From the NCBI GenBank assembly GCA_023140195.1, contig JAGLME010000001.1, positions 193,146 to 257,145 on the forward strand: DNA of 64,000 nucleotides. The letters are read 5' to 3'. This stretch comes from Thermoplasmata archaeon (GTDB taxonomy: Archaea; Thermoplasmatota; Thermoplasmata; RBG-16-68-12; SOIM01). The notes beneath the pieces were generated by a model. The model was not told the DNA's origin and ran no database searches. It saw only the letters and a list, made by a program, of their open reading frames with translations. Below are positions 47,527 through 56,971 of the stretch, piece by piece; position 1 is the first letter of the stretch, and each line of letters opens with the position of its first letter. Both the position numbers and the translations under genes were made by a program.

Positions 47527-48656
47527 TCTGAGAGCACCTCCTCCAGTCTTTTCTCCTTGATTGTGCTGGATTCTATTCTTCTGATAAGTGTGATCGGCTT
47601 CTCGCGGCTCACCAGCTCATGGATCAGCAGGCCGAGGATGATTGTTAGGGACAGGCCGAGGATGAACATGCCCAGTACGATTTCCACGCCAGAGGCAGGC
47701 TGGACCGCGTGTCCGAACAGAAGCAGGATGCCCGTGGAACCCACTAGGCCTGCAACCAGGAATCCTACACCAAGCCCCACGAGAACCGAAACCAGAGAGA
47801 TCTTGGCAAGGTCCTTGAAGAGCATCGTGCTCACTTGGCCTCTTGTCGCACCTATGGCTGAGAGAATCCCTATGTCCTTCTTCTTCTCGATGAGAGCTTT
47901 GGAAAGCACGGCGATTATCCCTAGCAATATGAGGGAGCTGTTCAGAACTATGAAGGCCATCACTACCAGGCTAACGCTGTTTCCCGCCTGCTGCACGAAC
48001 GCGCTGGTGTGGGCAATACCTCTCTGTCCGCCCAGTTCTGGGTTCTGGAAGATCAACGTCGCGACCCTTGCGTCAAAGATCACATTGCTGTTCAGTACGA
48101 CGGAGCGCTTCCCATCCCCCAGGACCATTGGGTATCCAGTTGCATTTAGGTATGTGCGCAGTCTGTCATAATCGTCTGTTCTCACTCTGATCGAGACGAC
48201 ATGGCCTTTGCCAAGAGGTGATATCATCCATCCGTGAGTGAGCGGGACAAGAAGCTCATCGTTCGATGGGCTATCGCTTCTGTAGATGCCTGTGAGTTGC
48301 CGTTCTGTGATCTTGGGGCCCACGGAACCCGTTATCACAAGTTGGTCTCCATTCCTCAACCCCAGTCGGTTGCTGAGCGCCTCACCCACAAGCACGAATT
48401 CCTCGGTGATCTCTCCCTCAACCAGCCTAGCACCTTCGATCTCAAGGAAACTTGAGGCCTCGACTCCCCTGACCACGACAGGGTTGTCCTTGACGATACA
48501 GAATGCATAGACCTCTGGGCTCACGACGTCGACCCAGCTCTCGTTCTTAAGTCGCTCTGCCAGTTCTATCTCTATCGGCTTGTCGTTGGTGACCTGGGAG
48601 ATGACGTACACACTCTCGCCATAGAAGGTCTCCTGAGGGAAGTTGGATATTCCCAA
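47523..48656 (-). CDS. ABC transporter permease, FtsX/MacB-like
   Basis: An N-terminal TM, a large extracytoplasmic domain and a C-terminal FtsX core (ILSAIGATRGQVSTMLFKDLAKISLVSVLVGLGVG) are present. Confidence 0.65.
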   Translation of the reverse strand: MGISNFPQETFYGESVYVISQVTNDKPIEIELAERLKNESWVDVVSPEVYAFCIVKDNPVVVRGVEASSFLEIEGARLVEGEITEEFVLVGEALSNRLGLRNGDQLVITGSVGPKITERQLTGIYRSDSPSNDELLVPLTHGWMISPLGKGHVVSIRVRTDDYDRLRTYLNATGYPMVLGDGKRSVVLNSNVIFDARVATLIFQNPELGGQRGIAHTSAFVQQAGNSVSLVVMAFIVLNSSLILLGIIAVLSKALIEKKKDIGILSAIGATRGQVSTMLFKDLAKISLVSVLVGLGVGFLVAGLVGSTGILLLFGHAVQPASGVEIVLGMFILGLSLTIILGLLIHELVSREKPITLIRRIESSTIKEKRLEEVLSE

Positions 48657-48721
48657 GAGAAGCGGTATGGATGCACTGAGAAGCGCAATGCAAAGTCCCA
48701 GACCAATGGCGGTTCTCCATT

Positions 48722-49825
48722 TTATGAGGATGCTGGAACCCTCCTTGTCCTTCTAGCACCTGAGGCCAGATACGCGGGGAAAATGCCCCCGATCAGACCG
48801 AAGACCATTGCGACGATTATCGGAACAACAACCGAATTGAATGTCATCTGTGGAGTGATGAAGCTCGTGAAGCCGAAGAGAGAGGACCAAGAACTGATGA
48901 AGTTCGTGGACACTATGCCCATGGAGACCCCCAGGAGGGCGCCGAGAAGGGAAATGAACAGAGCTTGACCTAAGAAAACGGACATCACCAGGCCAGGACT
49001 TGCGCCGATCTGGCTCATTATCTTGATGTCCTTTTCCCTGTATCTCACTTCAATGCCAAGTAGGCTGAAAACGAGTATGGTTATCACAATGGCCGAAGAG
49101 AAGATTATCCCCCAGAGATTGCCCGCCACCTCCGACATCCCCCTGTCGAAGAACTCGACGGTACCAGTCGTCGGAACTGCGTGATAGCCTTGCGACTTCA
49201 GATAGTTGATGTCACCCTGGTTCTCCAGGGGGACCAACAGAAACGATAGTTCCATCGGCGGATCGTCGGTGAGGTTCGAGATGATGGTTGGGTGGACAAC
49301 CGCCCAGTCATCTGAGAACATGCCCACGCCCGAGGCTCTGTAGACCGAGAGAGTCTCGTTCTCTCCCTGATATTCCAGCGTGATCAGTGAACCGCGGGAA
49401 GCCGAGAGATTGTGTTCCAAGATATTCTCTTTCAGGTTCCGTCCGATTCGTATGTTCTCCGTTGTGAAGTTCTTCAAGTCCATGTTGAGCAGGTTGTCTG
49501 GGTCTTCACATGCGACAACGTAGCTCTCATCCACAAACACATATTGAGCTAGGATTGAAACCTCCAACGCCCAACACGAAGTCACGTTCGATTCGAGTTG
49601 CAGGAGGGCGCTTTCGTCGATCGCACTGCTGGCGAGTGAATCACCTTCGAATACTAGATAGGGTCCTTGATTGACCCTCGCAGCGAGAGCCTCTGTCCCC
49701 ACATCCAGCCCCTCGACCATCGATGTCGTCCCGTTTAGATACATGACGCAGGCTGCCACACCAATTACGGTCACCAGGACCCTCCAGTTCATCCTGGTTG
49801 CCATTTTCACAAAGACGTTCTTCAT
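48722..49825 (-). CDS. ABC transporter permease, FtsX/MacB-like (paralogue)
   Basis: The architecture matches the paralogue; the FtsX core is MSQIGASPGLVMSVFLGQALFISLLGALLG. Confidence 0.65.
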   Translation of the reverse strand: MKNVFVKMATRMNWRVLVTVIGVAACVMYLNGTTSMVEGLDVGTEALAARVNQGPYLVFEGDSLASSAIDESALLQLESNVTSCWALEVSILAQYVFVDESYVVACEDPDNLLNMDLKNFTTENIRIGRNLKENILEHNLSASRGSLITLEYQGENETLSVYRASGVGMFSDDWAVVHPTIISNLTDDPPMELSFLLVPLENQGDINYLKSQGYHAVPTTGTVEFFDRGMSEVAGNLWGIIFSSAIVITILVFSLLGIEVRYREKDIKIMSQIGASPGLVMSVFLGQALFISLLGALLGVSMGIVSTNFISSWSSLFGFTSFITPQMTFNSVVVPIIVAMVFGLIGGIFPAYLASGARRTRRVPASS

Positions 49826-49883
49826 CTGCCCCCCTATGTGGATAGATTTTTAACCAGATATGCGGATATGAGCAAGGAAATGG

Positions 49884-50588
49884 GTGCATAAAGAAATATC
49901 GGTGGATGTAATGGGGGAGCTTGCGTTAATAGCCGATTCCGTTTCAAAAGTGTACGATGGTAACGTCGAGATTCTGAGGGATGTCGATCTCGAGGTCGCC
50001 AAGGGGGAGATGATTCTCCTATGGGGCCGAAACGGAAGCGGGAAGACGACCCTTCTCAACCTGCTGGGGTGCATGGACACGCCGACAAAAGGAAGAATAC
50101 TTGTCGATGGGCAGGACACTAGCAGACTGTCCCAAAAGCAACTGGCCAGGCTCAGACTGCGTCAAATTGGATACGTCTTCCAATCCCACAACCTGATTGA
50201 GGACCTGACCGTCAGAGAGAACGTCTATCTTCCATTGAGGATCGCCAAAAGCAAGAATGCTGAACAAAGGGTGAAAAGCCTCTTGAAGACTTTCGGAATA
50301 GATGCCCTCTCCCGAAAAAGGCCGAATGAGATCAGCGGTGGGGAGAGCCAGAAAGCTGCCATTTGCAGGGCCCTTGCGAACAATCCCTCCGTCATGCTGG
50401 CCGATGAGCCGACAGCGTCACTGGATTCAGAAAGTTGCGGTATTGTGCTGGACGCTTTCAAAATGATTAGAGAGAACTTCGATACGACTATAGTGGTCGC
50501 ATCACACGATCCTTTGCTATACGACCACATAGAGAAGAAGTACTTCCTTTTTGATGGGAGGCTCAAGACCGAACCTAAAGAGGTCTAG
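49884..50588 (+). CDS. ABC transporter ATP-binding protein (MacB/LolD-like)
   Basis: Walker A (GRNGSGKTT), the Q-loop, the signature LSGGESQKAAICRAL, Walker B (MLADEPTASLD) and the H-loop (VASHD) are present. It is divergent from the two permease genes. Confidence 0.8.
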   Translation: MHKEISVDVMGELALIADSVSKVYDGNVEILRDVDLEVAKGEMILLWGRNGSGKTTLLNLLGCMDTPTKGRILVDGQDTSRLSQKQLARLRLRQIGYVFQSHNLIEDLTVRENVYLPLRIAKSKNAEQRVKSLLKTFGIDALSRKRPNEISGGESQKAAICRALANNPSVMLADEPTASLDSESCGIVLDAFKMIRENFDTTIVVASHDPLLYDHIEKKYFLFDGRLKTEPKEV

Positions 50589-50634
50589 CCTGTATCGGAC
50601 ATTGACAAGAATACTACGAAGGCAAGTGAATTAG

Positions 50635-51138
50635 ATGTTTCCACTGGGACATGCAGGAATTACGCTGGCTCTGGCAGTCGGATTGGCTTATGTTCTGAAG
50701 AAGGAATGGGAGCCAAAGATGTTCCTGCTAGCTGTTGTAGTTGGTGCTTGGCTTCCGGATATTATTGACAAACCGGTCGGTGTTCTGTTAGGTTATGCTG
50801 GTGGCGGGAGGCTTGTTGCGCATTCTCTCTTGTTCGCTGTGACATTCACACTTCTTGCACTTTCAATCAACAGATTCGGTAAATCCAAGTCTGGGAGATG
50901 GAATGCACTGGTTTCACATGTCCCGTTCGTCGCGTTCGGATCGTGGATGCATCTCGTTTTGGACGAGATCTGGTGGAACCCAGGGGTTCTTCTCTGGCCG
51001 GGGTATGGGTGGGGGTTTCCAATAGGAGAAGAGTTTGACTTGATTAGCGTCCTTCTTACCCCGGTTGTGCTGATAGGTGAGGTCGTGGGTGGAGTGATAC
51101 TCGTTGGCTTTGTGGTTTGGAATTTCCGGTTGAAGTGA
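50635..51138 (+). CDS. membrane-bound metal-dependent hydrolase, YdjM/DUF457-like
   Basis: MFPLGHAG...LPDIIDKP...HSLLF...HLVLDEIW carries the H/D metal-ligand pattern of the LexA-regulated YdjM family, with 4-5 TM helices. Confidence 0.5.
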   Translation: MFPLGHAGITLALAVGLAYVLKKEWEPKMFLLAVVVGAWLPDIIDKPVGVLLGYAGGGRLVAHSLLFAVTFTLLALSINRFGKSKSGRWNALVSHVPFVAFGSWMHLVLDEIWWNPGVLLWPGYGWGFPIGEEFDLISVLLTPVVLIGEVVGGVILVGFVVWNFRLK

Positions 51139-51374
51139 AGGACAGAGCCGAGCCTGTTCAGAGCTCTAGAACCCCTCCGATGCGTGTAGCAAGTGGATGA
51201 ATCATCTGGTGACATCGCCATACCGCAGTTCTGCGGCGAAAAATAGGAAATCTTTAGGAATCGACAGATTCATGGCATCACAAGGGGGAGAGGTTTTGTT
51301 CCTCCTTTGCCTCTAGCTCCCTATCCAGCTCATCACAATTCTATGGTCTGTGAGACGGGAAGGAGGATTCTTGA

Positions 51375-51773
51375 TCAGACCTCAAGGAGCTCCTTCACCC
51401 ATGAGTAGAATCTTTCTGTTTCCTTCAAAGCAACGTCCGCGATCTTCCTTGAGAGAAGGGTTTCAGTATACTCAGCTTTCGTCTTCTGGCTGAGCACATT
51501 GGAAAACTGTTTCATTTTTGAAGAAATCACACCGCTTTCGAAGGGCAATTGGCGAAGTAGCGGGAGGACATCAGAGTGTCTTTCACCGGTGCTTCTTATG
51601 CCGAGATAGAAGACGAGAAGGGCATCGGCCGAGTTGATGCAGCAGTGAACAGAGTTCCCCACAGCCGAATTCCAATGTTCCCTTTCAAGGGCATTCTTCG
51701 CGGACTGGAGATATTCGTCCGCCTTCTGTAGAAAATTCCGATACTTCGATTTGGAGACTTTCCGGGTTCTCAT
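51375..51773 (-). CDS. HEPN-domain protein (toxin of HEPN-MNT pair)
   Basis: The ~130-aa all-helical protein carries an R-x4-H motif (RSTGERH). It overlaps the upstream MNT gene by 4 nt. Confidence 0.6.
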   Translation of the reverse strand: MRTRKVSKSKYRNFLQKADEYLQSAKNALEREHWNSAVGNSVHCCINSADALLVFYLGIRSTGERHSDVLPLLRQLPFESGVISSKMKQFSNVLSQKTKAEYTETLLSRKIADVALKETERFYSWVKELLEV

Positions 51774-52366
51774 AGCAGCTCCTCCAAAGACCTCCCACGT
51801 ACGTGAATATGGCTCTTTTTGGTTTCCTCGATCAGGCCTGAGTTTTCCGAACGCTTCAGCTCAGATGGACTAAGAACCAGAGCGGATAAGGGGTTGCCGT
51901 AGGCCTTGGATATTACAAGTTGAAGCCTGCCGATTATGTCCATCACTTCTCTTTTCTTACTGGTAACCACGAGCACGTCGATGTCGCTCGAGGTCTCTTC
52001 CTCGCCGCGAGCGACACTTCCGAATAGAAAAACCGAAGCTGAGGTACCCTCGAAAGCTTTTCCGATTCTCCGAACTAGTTCTGACCGCGCACCAGACTCA
52101 CCTTCGAAAAGGGGCTGGAGATCCTCGATCAATGGAGATTCTTTGTTCAACGAGATGACGTAGGCTCTCCCGTGGGAGGATATGGTGACGAGGTTGAAGG
52201 CTTCGAGTGCTTTCAGAGCTTTGAGAGCGCCAGGATGCGAGAGGTCAGCGAATGAGGCGAGCTCTCTTCCGGTGAAACGGCGATCTGGATAGCGAAGGAG
52301 GATCCTGAGAACGGATGTCTTGGCAGGGGATGCGATTAGATTCTCGACGTAGTTCTGGAATTTCAT
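51770..52366 (-). CDS. minimal nucleotidyltransferase (MNT) with N-terminal winged-helix domain
   Basis: The NTase motif LFGSVARGEEETSSDIDVLVV (GS-x9-13-DxD) follows an N-terminal HTH (FTGRELASFADLSHPGALKALKALE). Confidence 0.65.
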   Translation of the reverse strand: MKFQNYVENLIASPAKTSVLRILLRYPDRRFTGRELASFADLSHPGALKALKALEAFNLVTISSHGRAYVISLNKESPLIEDLQPLFEGESGARSELVRRIGKAFEGTSASVFLFGSVARGEEETSSDIDVLVVTSKKREVMDIIGRLQLVISKAYGNPLSALVLSPSELKRSENSGLIEETKKSHIHVRGRSLEELL

Positions 52367-52614
52367 GGTAACGATTGTTAATATATGGTAACTGTTGTTA
52401 ATAAAGCTTTCCTATACGAAGACGCAGGACCGAGAAACCAGGACGAGTGGCGGACGTTCTTCTTCGATTAAATGAGAGGTTCTCAGATTGGTTCCAGAAG
52501 AGATGGGAATCACAGTCCGTGCCGGCGCATTGTCGAATCTGTTTGAAAATCTACCCACAAAGGCGATAGATGAGAGGGTTGTGCAAAACTCTGGAGGGCC
52601 GCAGCTGAGCAGAC

Positions 52615-53139
52615 TCATACATACCGCATTTCTTGAAGTTTTTCCAAAACCCTCTTCGCGCTCTCCTCTGGCGTCTCATTCTCGGTATCCACCACAACCT
52701 CCGGATTCTCCGGTTCCTCGTAGGGGTCCGAAACACCTGTGAAGTTCTGTATTTCGCCGGACAACGCCTTCTTGTAATGACCTTTCACGTCCCTCTCAAT
52801 GCATTCATCGACAGTGCATTTCACGTACACTTCAACGAAGTTGCCTACCATTTCCCTTGCGCGACGCCTGAAGTCACGGAAGGGAGATATGAGACCCACT
52901 ATGGCTATGACACCGTTCCTCGAGAGGAGCTTGCTCACATACGCCACCCTGTTGGCATGGATCTGCCTGTCTTTCTTGCTGAACCCGAGCTTTGGGCTGA
53001 GATTTTCCCTGACCTCGTCTCCATCCAGGACTTCCACCATCCTTCCAGCGTCACTCAATCTCTTTTCCAGAATCCTAGCAATCGTCGTCTTCCCTGATCC
53101 GGGAAGTCCTGTCAACCAGACTACGCAACCTCTCTCCAT
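52615..53139 (-). CDS. cysC: adenylyl-sulfate (APS) kinase
   Basis: The P-loop WLTGLPGSGKTT and LDGDEVRENLSPKLGFSKKDRQIHANRVAYVSKL, which matches the APS-kinase LDGDNIRxGLxxDLGFSxxDRxENIRR motif, are present. It is ~174 aa. Confidence 0.75.
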   Translation of the reverse strand: MERGCVVWLTGLPGSGKTTIARILEKRLSDAGRMVEVLDGDEVRENLSPKLGFSKKDRQIHANRVAYVSKLLSRNGVIAIVGLISPFRDFRRRAREMVGNFVEVYVKCTVDECIERDVKGHYKKALSGEIQNFTGVSDPYEEPENPEVVVDTENETPEESAKRVLEKLQEMRYV

Positions 53140-53140
53140 G

Positions 53141-54517
53141 TTACCACTCTATGACTTCTCCTTTCATGTCCTCTGGAATTGGAATTTCCATCGCTTTCAG
53201 AATCGTGGGTGCAATATCCAATATGCTCTTTTGGCCAATATCTCTTCCTTGGTTCTCCTTCGGATCGTATATCAAGAACACTCCTTGCCAATCGTGAACC
53301 GCATCATCGGGCCCCTTATCGTTCTCTGGCAGGTACATTGAGCCGTGTCCGATGGTCCCTGCCGATCTCCAGGACAGGTCATCGAAGAACACCATGAGGT
53401 CGGGTGGGTCTCCGTTGCATATGTTGTACGTCTCCTCAGGTTTCAGGACCATGTTCTTCATCCCAATTCCCTGCGGGTCCTTTATCTCCATAATCCTCGT
53501 GGATATCTCGTCTCTGATTTCATCGTACTCGCTCGGAGGAACGATGCCTTGAGCTTCCCTGCCTTTCAGATTGATGAATATCCTTGCGTAGTAACCGCCC
53601 CAGCCCCATGCTCTGGTCCTGCTCCAGTCGATGTCCGCTTTCTCCAGATCCGTGACCTCTTCCGGGCTCTTCCTCAGCTTGAGATAACCTTGCTCCATCA
53701 GCCACTCGTTGACACAGAAGCATCCTTTCATTGCCTTTGCGCCATGGTCAGACACGATGAATACGATGGTGTCATCATCGATTATCTCGAGAAGCTTGCC
53801 TATCTCCTTGTCCAGATACTCATAGTAGTCCTTTATTGCGCTCTGAAACCTGTTGCCAGGTTCGTGAAGGTGATGTGTCGGGTCGTGGTATTTCCAGAAC
53901 CCATGCTGCAACCTGTCCAAGCCGATTTCCACGAAGAAGAAGAGGTCCCATTCCTTGTTTTCCAGGAGATAACGTATGACTCTGAACCGCTTCTCGGTCA
54001 TCTCATAGATCCCTTCCAGAACCTGGTCCTTCTCATCGGTCCTGAACACAACGTCGAACAGGTACTCTCCAACCAGGTCCTCTATCTCGTGCTTGAGCTC
54101 CGGGGGGTGTGTGAATTGCCTGTTGGTGTCTGGAGTCATGAAGCCTGAGATGATGTGTCCGTTGATGGGCTCGACCGGATATGAGGGCGGCAGACCGATG
54201 ACCGTGGATTTGAGGCCGTTGTCTCCGAGAATGTGCCACAATGCCTTTTCCTTCAGTTTGTCCCTCGTTGCGAGCCAGATATCAGTGTATGAGTTGTTCC
54301 TCCTGTGCCTGAAGCCGTAGAGCCCCAACCTTCCGGCATCCTTTCCTGTGACCATGGACAACCATGCGGGGATCGTGATAGGCGGTATGATCGTTCTTAG
54401 CTTTCCATGAACTCCTTTCCCCATCAGCCTCCGAATGTTGGGCAAGTCATCTATGAACTCTTCGAATAAGAGTTTGGGCGAAGCGCAATCCATTCCTATT
54501 ACCAGAACTTTCTTCAA
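53141..54517 (-). CDS. type I phosphodiesterase / nucleotide pyrophosphatase (NPP, alkaline-phosphatase superfamily)
   Basis: VIGMDCAS is present. PPITIPAWLSMVTGK matches the NPP nucleophile motif PTxTxPxxxSxxTG. The metal ligands FIVSDHGA and the C-terminal HDW-type His are also present. Confidence 0.6.
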   Translation of the reverse strand: MKKVLVIGMDCASPKLLFEEFIDDLPNIRRLMGKGVHGKLRTIIPPITIPAWLSMVTGKDAGRLGLYGFRHRRNNSYTDIWLATRDKLKEKALWHILGDNGLKSTVIGLPPSYPVEPINGHIISGFMTPDTNRQFTHPPELKHEIEDLVGEYLFDVVFRTDEKDQVLEGIYEMTEKRFRVIRYLLENKEWDLFFFVEIGLDRLQHGFWKYHDPTHHLHEPGNRFQSAIKDYYEYLDKEIGKLLEIIDDDTIVFIVSDHGAKAMKGCFCVNEWLMEQGYLKLRKSPEEVTDLEKADIDWSRTRAWGWGGYYARIFINLKGREAQGIVPPSEYDEIRDEISTRIMEIKDPQGIGMKNMVLKPEETYNICNGDPPDLMVFFDDLSWRSAGTIGHGSMYLPENDKGPDDAVHDWQGVFLIYDPKENQGRDIGQKSILDIAPTILKAMEIPIPEDMKGEVIEW

Positions 54518-55528
54518 TCAGGTTGCCTCCAACAGTTTCAGGACCTCATTCTGGAAGGCCTCATTCTCATCACTGGGGACAATCGCTCCCATGACCTCCC
54601 TCTTTCCGCCTGAGACGTGTCCTTTTCCCTGGGCCATGTCGAGAATGGGTTTCAGATCCAGATGGACATCACTCGTTCTCACGTACACTCTATCGTACTC
54701 TTCGAAGAATCTGGTTTGGATCACTAGGGACGTTCTCACATCCTTCTTTCTTGACAGCTTCCTGGAAACAGCCGAGATAATGTCATAACTGGAGGAGAAC
54801 TCGTGAACCAGGATGCCCTTTGTAGGTGGATTTGCATTTATCTCTTGGATGGCTATTCTCTTCTTCACCTTTTCAGCATTCTCAATCCAGGTTTCGTTCG
54901 TCAATAGTGATTGAGGGTCATCTTGGTGTTCAAGCACAAAAGAAACAGCCTCCTCTATGGCCGAAACATCACCAATCCTGTAGTTCGAGTCAATCAGTTC
55001 AGTCATTCGAAGAAGCTCTTCGAGGGTGAGCCTTGCTGATTGCAGGTATTTCTCCATGCTGGGATATACAGCATTCTCGCGTATGTTCCGCTCCTTGTCT
55101 CCGACAGCTCCCAGTACCGTCAGGAGATCCAAGGGAGTTTTCCATAGTTCTGAAAGCACCCATGTGGTCGAAGGATAGTTATCAGATGGCGACCCACGGG
55201 CCACCGGATTGAATTGATGCAGATCACTTCTCTTCTTCTTCGCGTGATGGTCAAACACCCAGATATCTGAGGACAATCCTACCAGCCGATCGAAATCATT
55301 CTCTGGGAGGGCAAGATCTGCGACGATTATTGCATCGAATCCTTCGTTCTCGATGTTCACGAACTCTTCATCGGAGAGAGAATACATCCCTATTCTGGGA
55401 ACCATGGTCTTGACGGAAGAACCTTCGAGGAAACCTGTGATTATGGCTGCTGAGCATATGCCATCCGTATCCCAGTGGTGGAGGATGAGTGTCTTCCCCG
55501 ACTCCTTGAGCTTCTCGAATCCTTCCAT
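54518..55528 (-). CDS. DHH-DHHA1 phosphoesterase, NrnA-like (nanoRNase / pAp phosphatase)
   Basis: Motif I (LILHHWDTDGICSAA), IVADLAL, DHH (VFDHHAKKK) and the DHHA1 region GKGHVSGGK are present. Confidence 0.6.
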   Translation of the reverse strand: MEGFEKLKESGKTLILHHWDTDGICSAAIITGFLEGSSVKTMVPRIGMYSLSDEEFVNIENEGFDAIIVADLALPENDFDRLVGLSSDIWVFDHHAKKKRSDLHQFNPVARGSPSDNYPSTTWVLSELWKTPLDLLTVLGAVGDKERNIRENAVYPSMEKYLQSARLTLEELLRMTELIDSNYRIGDVSAIEEAVSFVLEHQDDPQSLLTNETWIENAEKVKKRIAIQEINANPPTKGILVHEFSSSYDIISAVSRKLSRKKDVRTSLVIQTRFFEEYDRVYVRTSDVHLDLKPILDMAQGKGHVSGGKREVMGAIVPSDENEAFQNEVLKLLEAT

Positions 55529-55533
55529 CTGAA

Positions 55534-56646
55534 CTACTCCACGAACGGGTTCTTGTCCGCAAGGAGGATTTCCGCTATTTCCTCTCTCATCAACTCTTTC
55601 TGGGGGCAGTCTCCCTTTTCAATGGACTCCCTGATGGCAGTGCCACTGAACTTGATGTGATGTTCCTCACCATGAGGGCAGGTCTTCTCGTTGGCGATTC
55701 CTCCGCATTTGTTGCAGTGGAAGAATGAAGAGAAGAACATGGGCACGATGCCTAGGTCAGGGAATTCATCGAACATGTCCTGTGCTGCGTATGGGTCGTA
55801 GAAGGACCCCACGCCAGCGTGATCTCTCCCAATGATGAAATGTGTGCATCCGAAGTTCTTTCGCATTATTGCGTGGTGTATGGCCTCCCTTGGGCCTGCG
55901 TACTTCATGTCCGTTCTTAGGATTGATAGGACGGCCCTCTCTCGGAGGAAGAAGTCTTTGATCAGGCGATCGTAGGACTCCAGGATAAGCTCGTCTTTGA
56001 AGTCGCCTTTCTTCTTCTTTCCGATTAGTGGGTTTATGAAGACGCCATCCGCGAATGTGAGCGCGGTCCTCTGGATCCATTCGTGACCCAGATGTGGTGG
56101 GTTTCGGGTCTGGAAGCCAACGATGGTTCTCCACCCCTTCTCTCGGAAGAGGATTCTGGTTTCAGCCGGGCTTAACTTGAACCTATCGTATGTTGACTCC
56201 TCTTCTTTGACTAGGTCTATGTCGCCACCCAGGAATACATCTTCGAGGTTCAGTGTTCTGGCGACACCGGGATGCTGCGGGTCGTTTGTCCCAAAGACCT
56301 TCTCGGCGATTTCCTTCTTGTTGAATCTGTATTTCTCCTCGATGCGCAATAATGCAGTGATGTTGTTTTGAGGATCCGTGACCAGGCATTCATCACCTTC
56401 CATGATATTGGCTGACTCGTTCTCTGATATATCGAGAAGAACCGGGATGGTCCAAGGAGTGTCGTCTGGCAGTCTTCTTTCATTCAAGATACTTGCCAAT
56501 TCATCTTGCCGAAGGAACCCCTCAAGCGGACTGAAGATCCCTGCCGCTATGTTCGCTGCATCGATCAGTGTCTCTTCCTTTCTCACCAGTTGATGGAACT
56601 CAGTTTCTCCGGAAAAGATTCTTTTCCTCTCATTTTCACTGAGCAA
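55534..56646 (-). CDS. sat: sulfate adenylyltransferase (ATP sulfurylase)
   Basis: QTRNPPHLGHE (the QTRN/HxxH motif), the GRDHAGVG motif and overall ATP-sulfurylase length and order are present. Confidence 0.8.
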   Translation of the reverse strand: MLSENERKRIFSGETEFHQLVRKEETLIDAANIAAGIFSPLEGFLRQDELASILNERRLPDDTPWTIPVLLDISENESANIMEGDECLVTDPQNNITALLRIEEKYRFNKKEIAEKVFGTNDPQHPGVARTLNLEDVFLGGDIDLVKEEESTYDRFKLSPAETRILFREKGWRTIVGFQTRNPPHLGHEWIQRTALTFADGVFINPLIGKKKKGDFKDELILESYDRLIKDFFLRERAVLSILRTDMKYAGPREAIHHAIMRKNFGCTHFIIGRDHAGVGSFYDPYAAQDMFDEFPDLGIVPMFFSSFFHCNKCGGIANEKTCPHGEEHHIKFSGTAIRESIEKGDCPQKELMREEIAEILLADKNPFVE

Positions 56647-56693
56647 TCTATCAATGAGTCTTCCACCGTGTGGTCTTGGCGTGTCAATCCCCC

Positions 56694-56921
56694 TCAGTCA
56701 AGATAACCCAGTGCTCTTAGCCTGTCCTTTATGCGCTCCTCGTCCTCTTTTGAGAAGGGTTGCTCTTCATCAGGTTCTTCTGTTATGACTTCTCTGAGGA
56801 CGTAGGCCACGTAGCTCGATACCGATGTGAAGCCTGTTCCTTTTATTCTATCCTGGATCTTCTGGAACAGAGGCGTGGGTATCGAGACGGTCGTGAATTT
56901 CTTCTCTTCCCCCTTCTTCAT
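56694..56921 (-). CDS. ribbon-helix-helix (CopG/Arc/MetJ-like) DNA-binding protein
   Basis: The N-terminal beta-strand KKFTTVSIPTPLFQKI (typical RHH strand 1) is followed by two helices and an acidic tail. It is the first gene of the sat operon. Confidence 0.5.
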   Translation of the reverse strand: MKKGEEKKFTTVSIPTPLFQKIQDRIKGTGFTSVSSYVAYVLREVITEEPDEEQPFSKEDEERIKDRLRALGYLD

Positions 56922-56933
56922 GAAATCGCCTGT

Positions 56934-56947
56934 AATTATATATAATT
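56934..56947. promoter_or_regulatory. perfect 14-bp palindrome AATTATATATAATT between TATA box and ATG of RHH regulator
   Basis: It reads the same on both strands and sits 13 nt upstream of the RHH ATG, which is the expected place for an RHH operator overlapping the TSS. Confidence 0.35.
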
Positions 56948-56963
56948 AGAAAAGGAAAATCCC

Positions 56964-56971
56964 TATATAAT
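56964..56971 (-). promoter_or_regulatory. TATA box (ATTATATA on minus strand) for RHH-sat operon
   Basis: Its centre is ~46 nt upstream of the RHH ATG, which predicts a ~20-nt leader. Confidence 0.35.
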
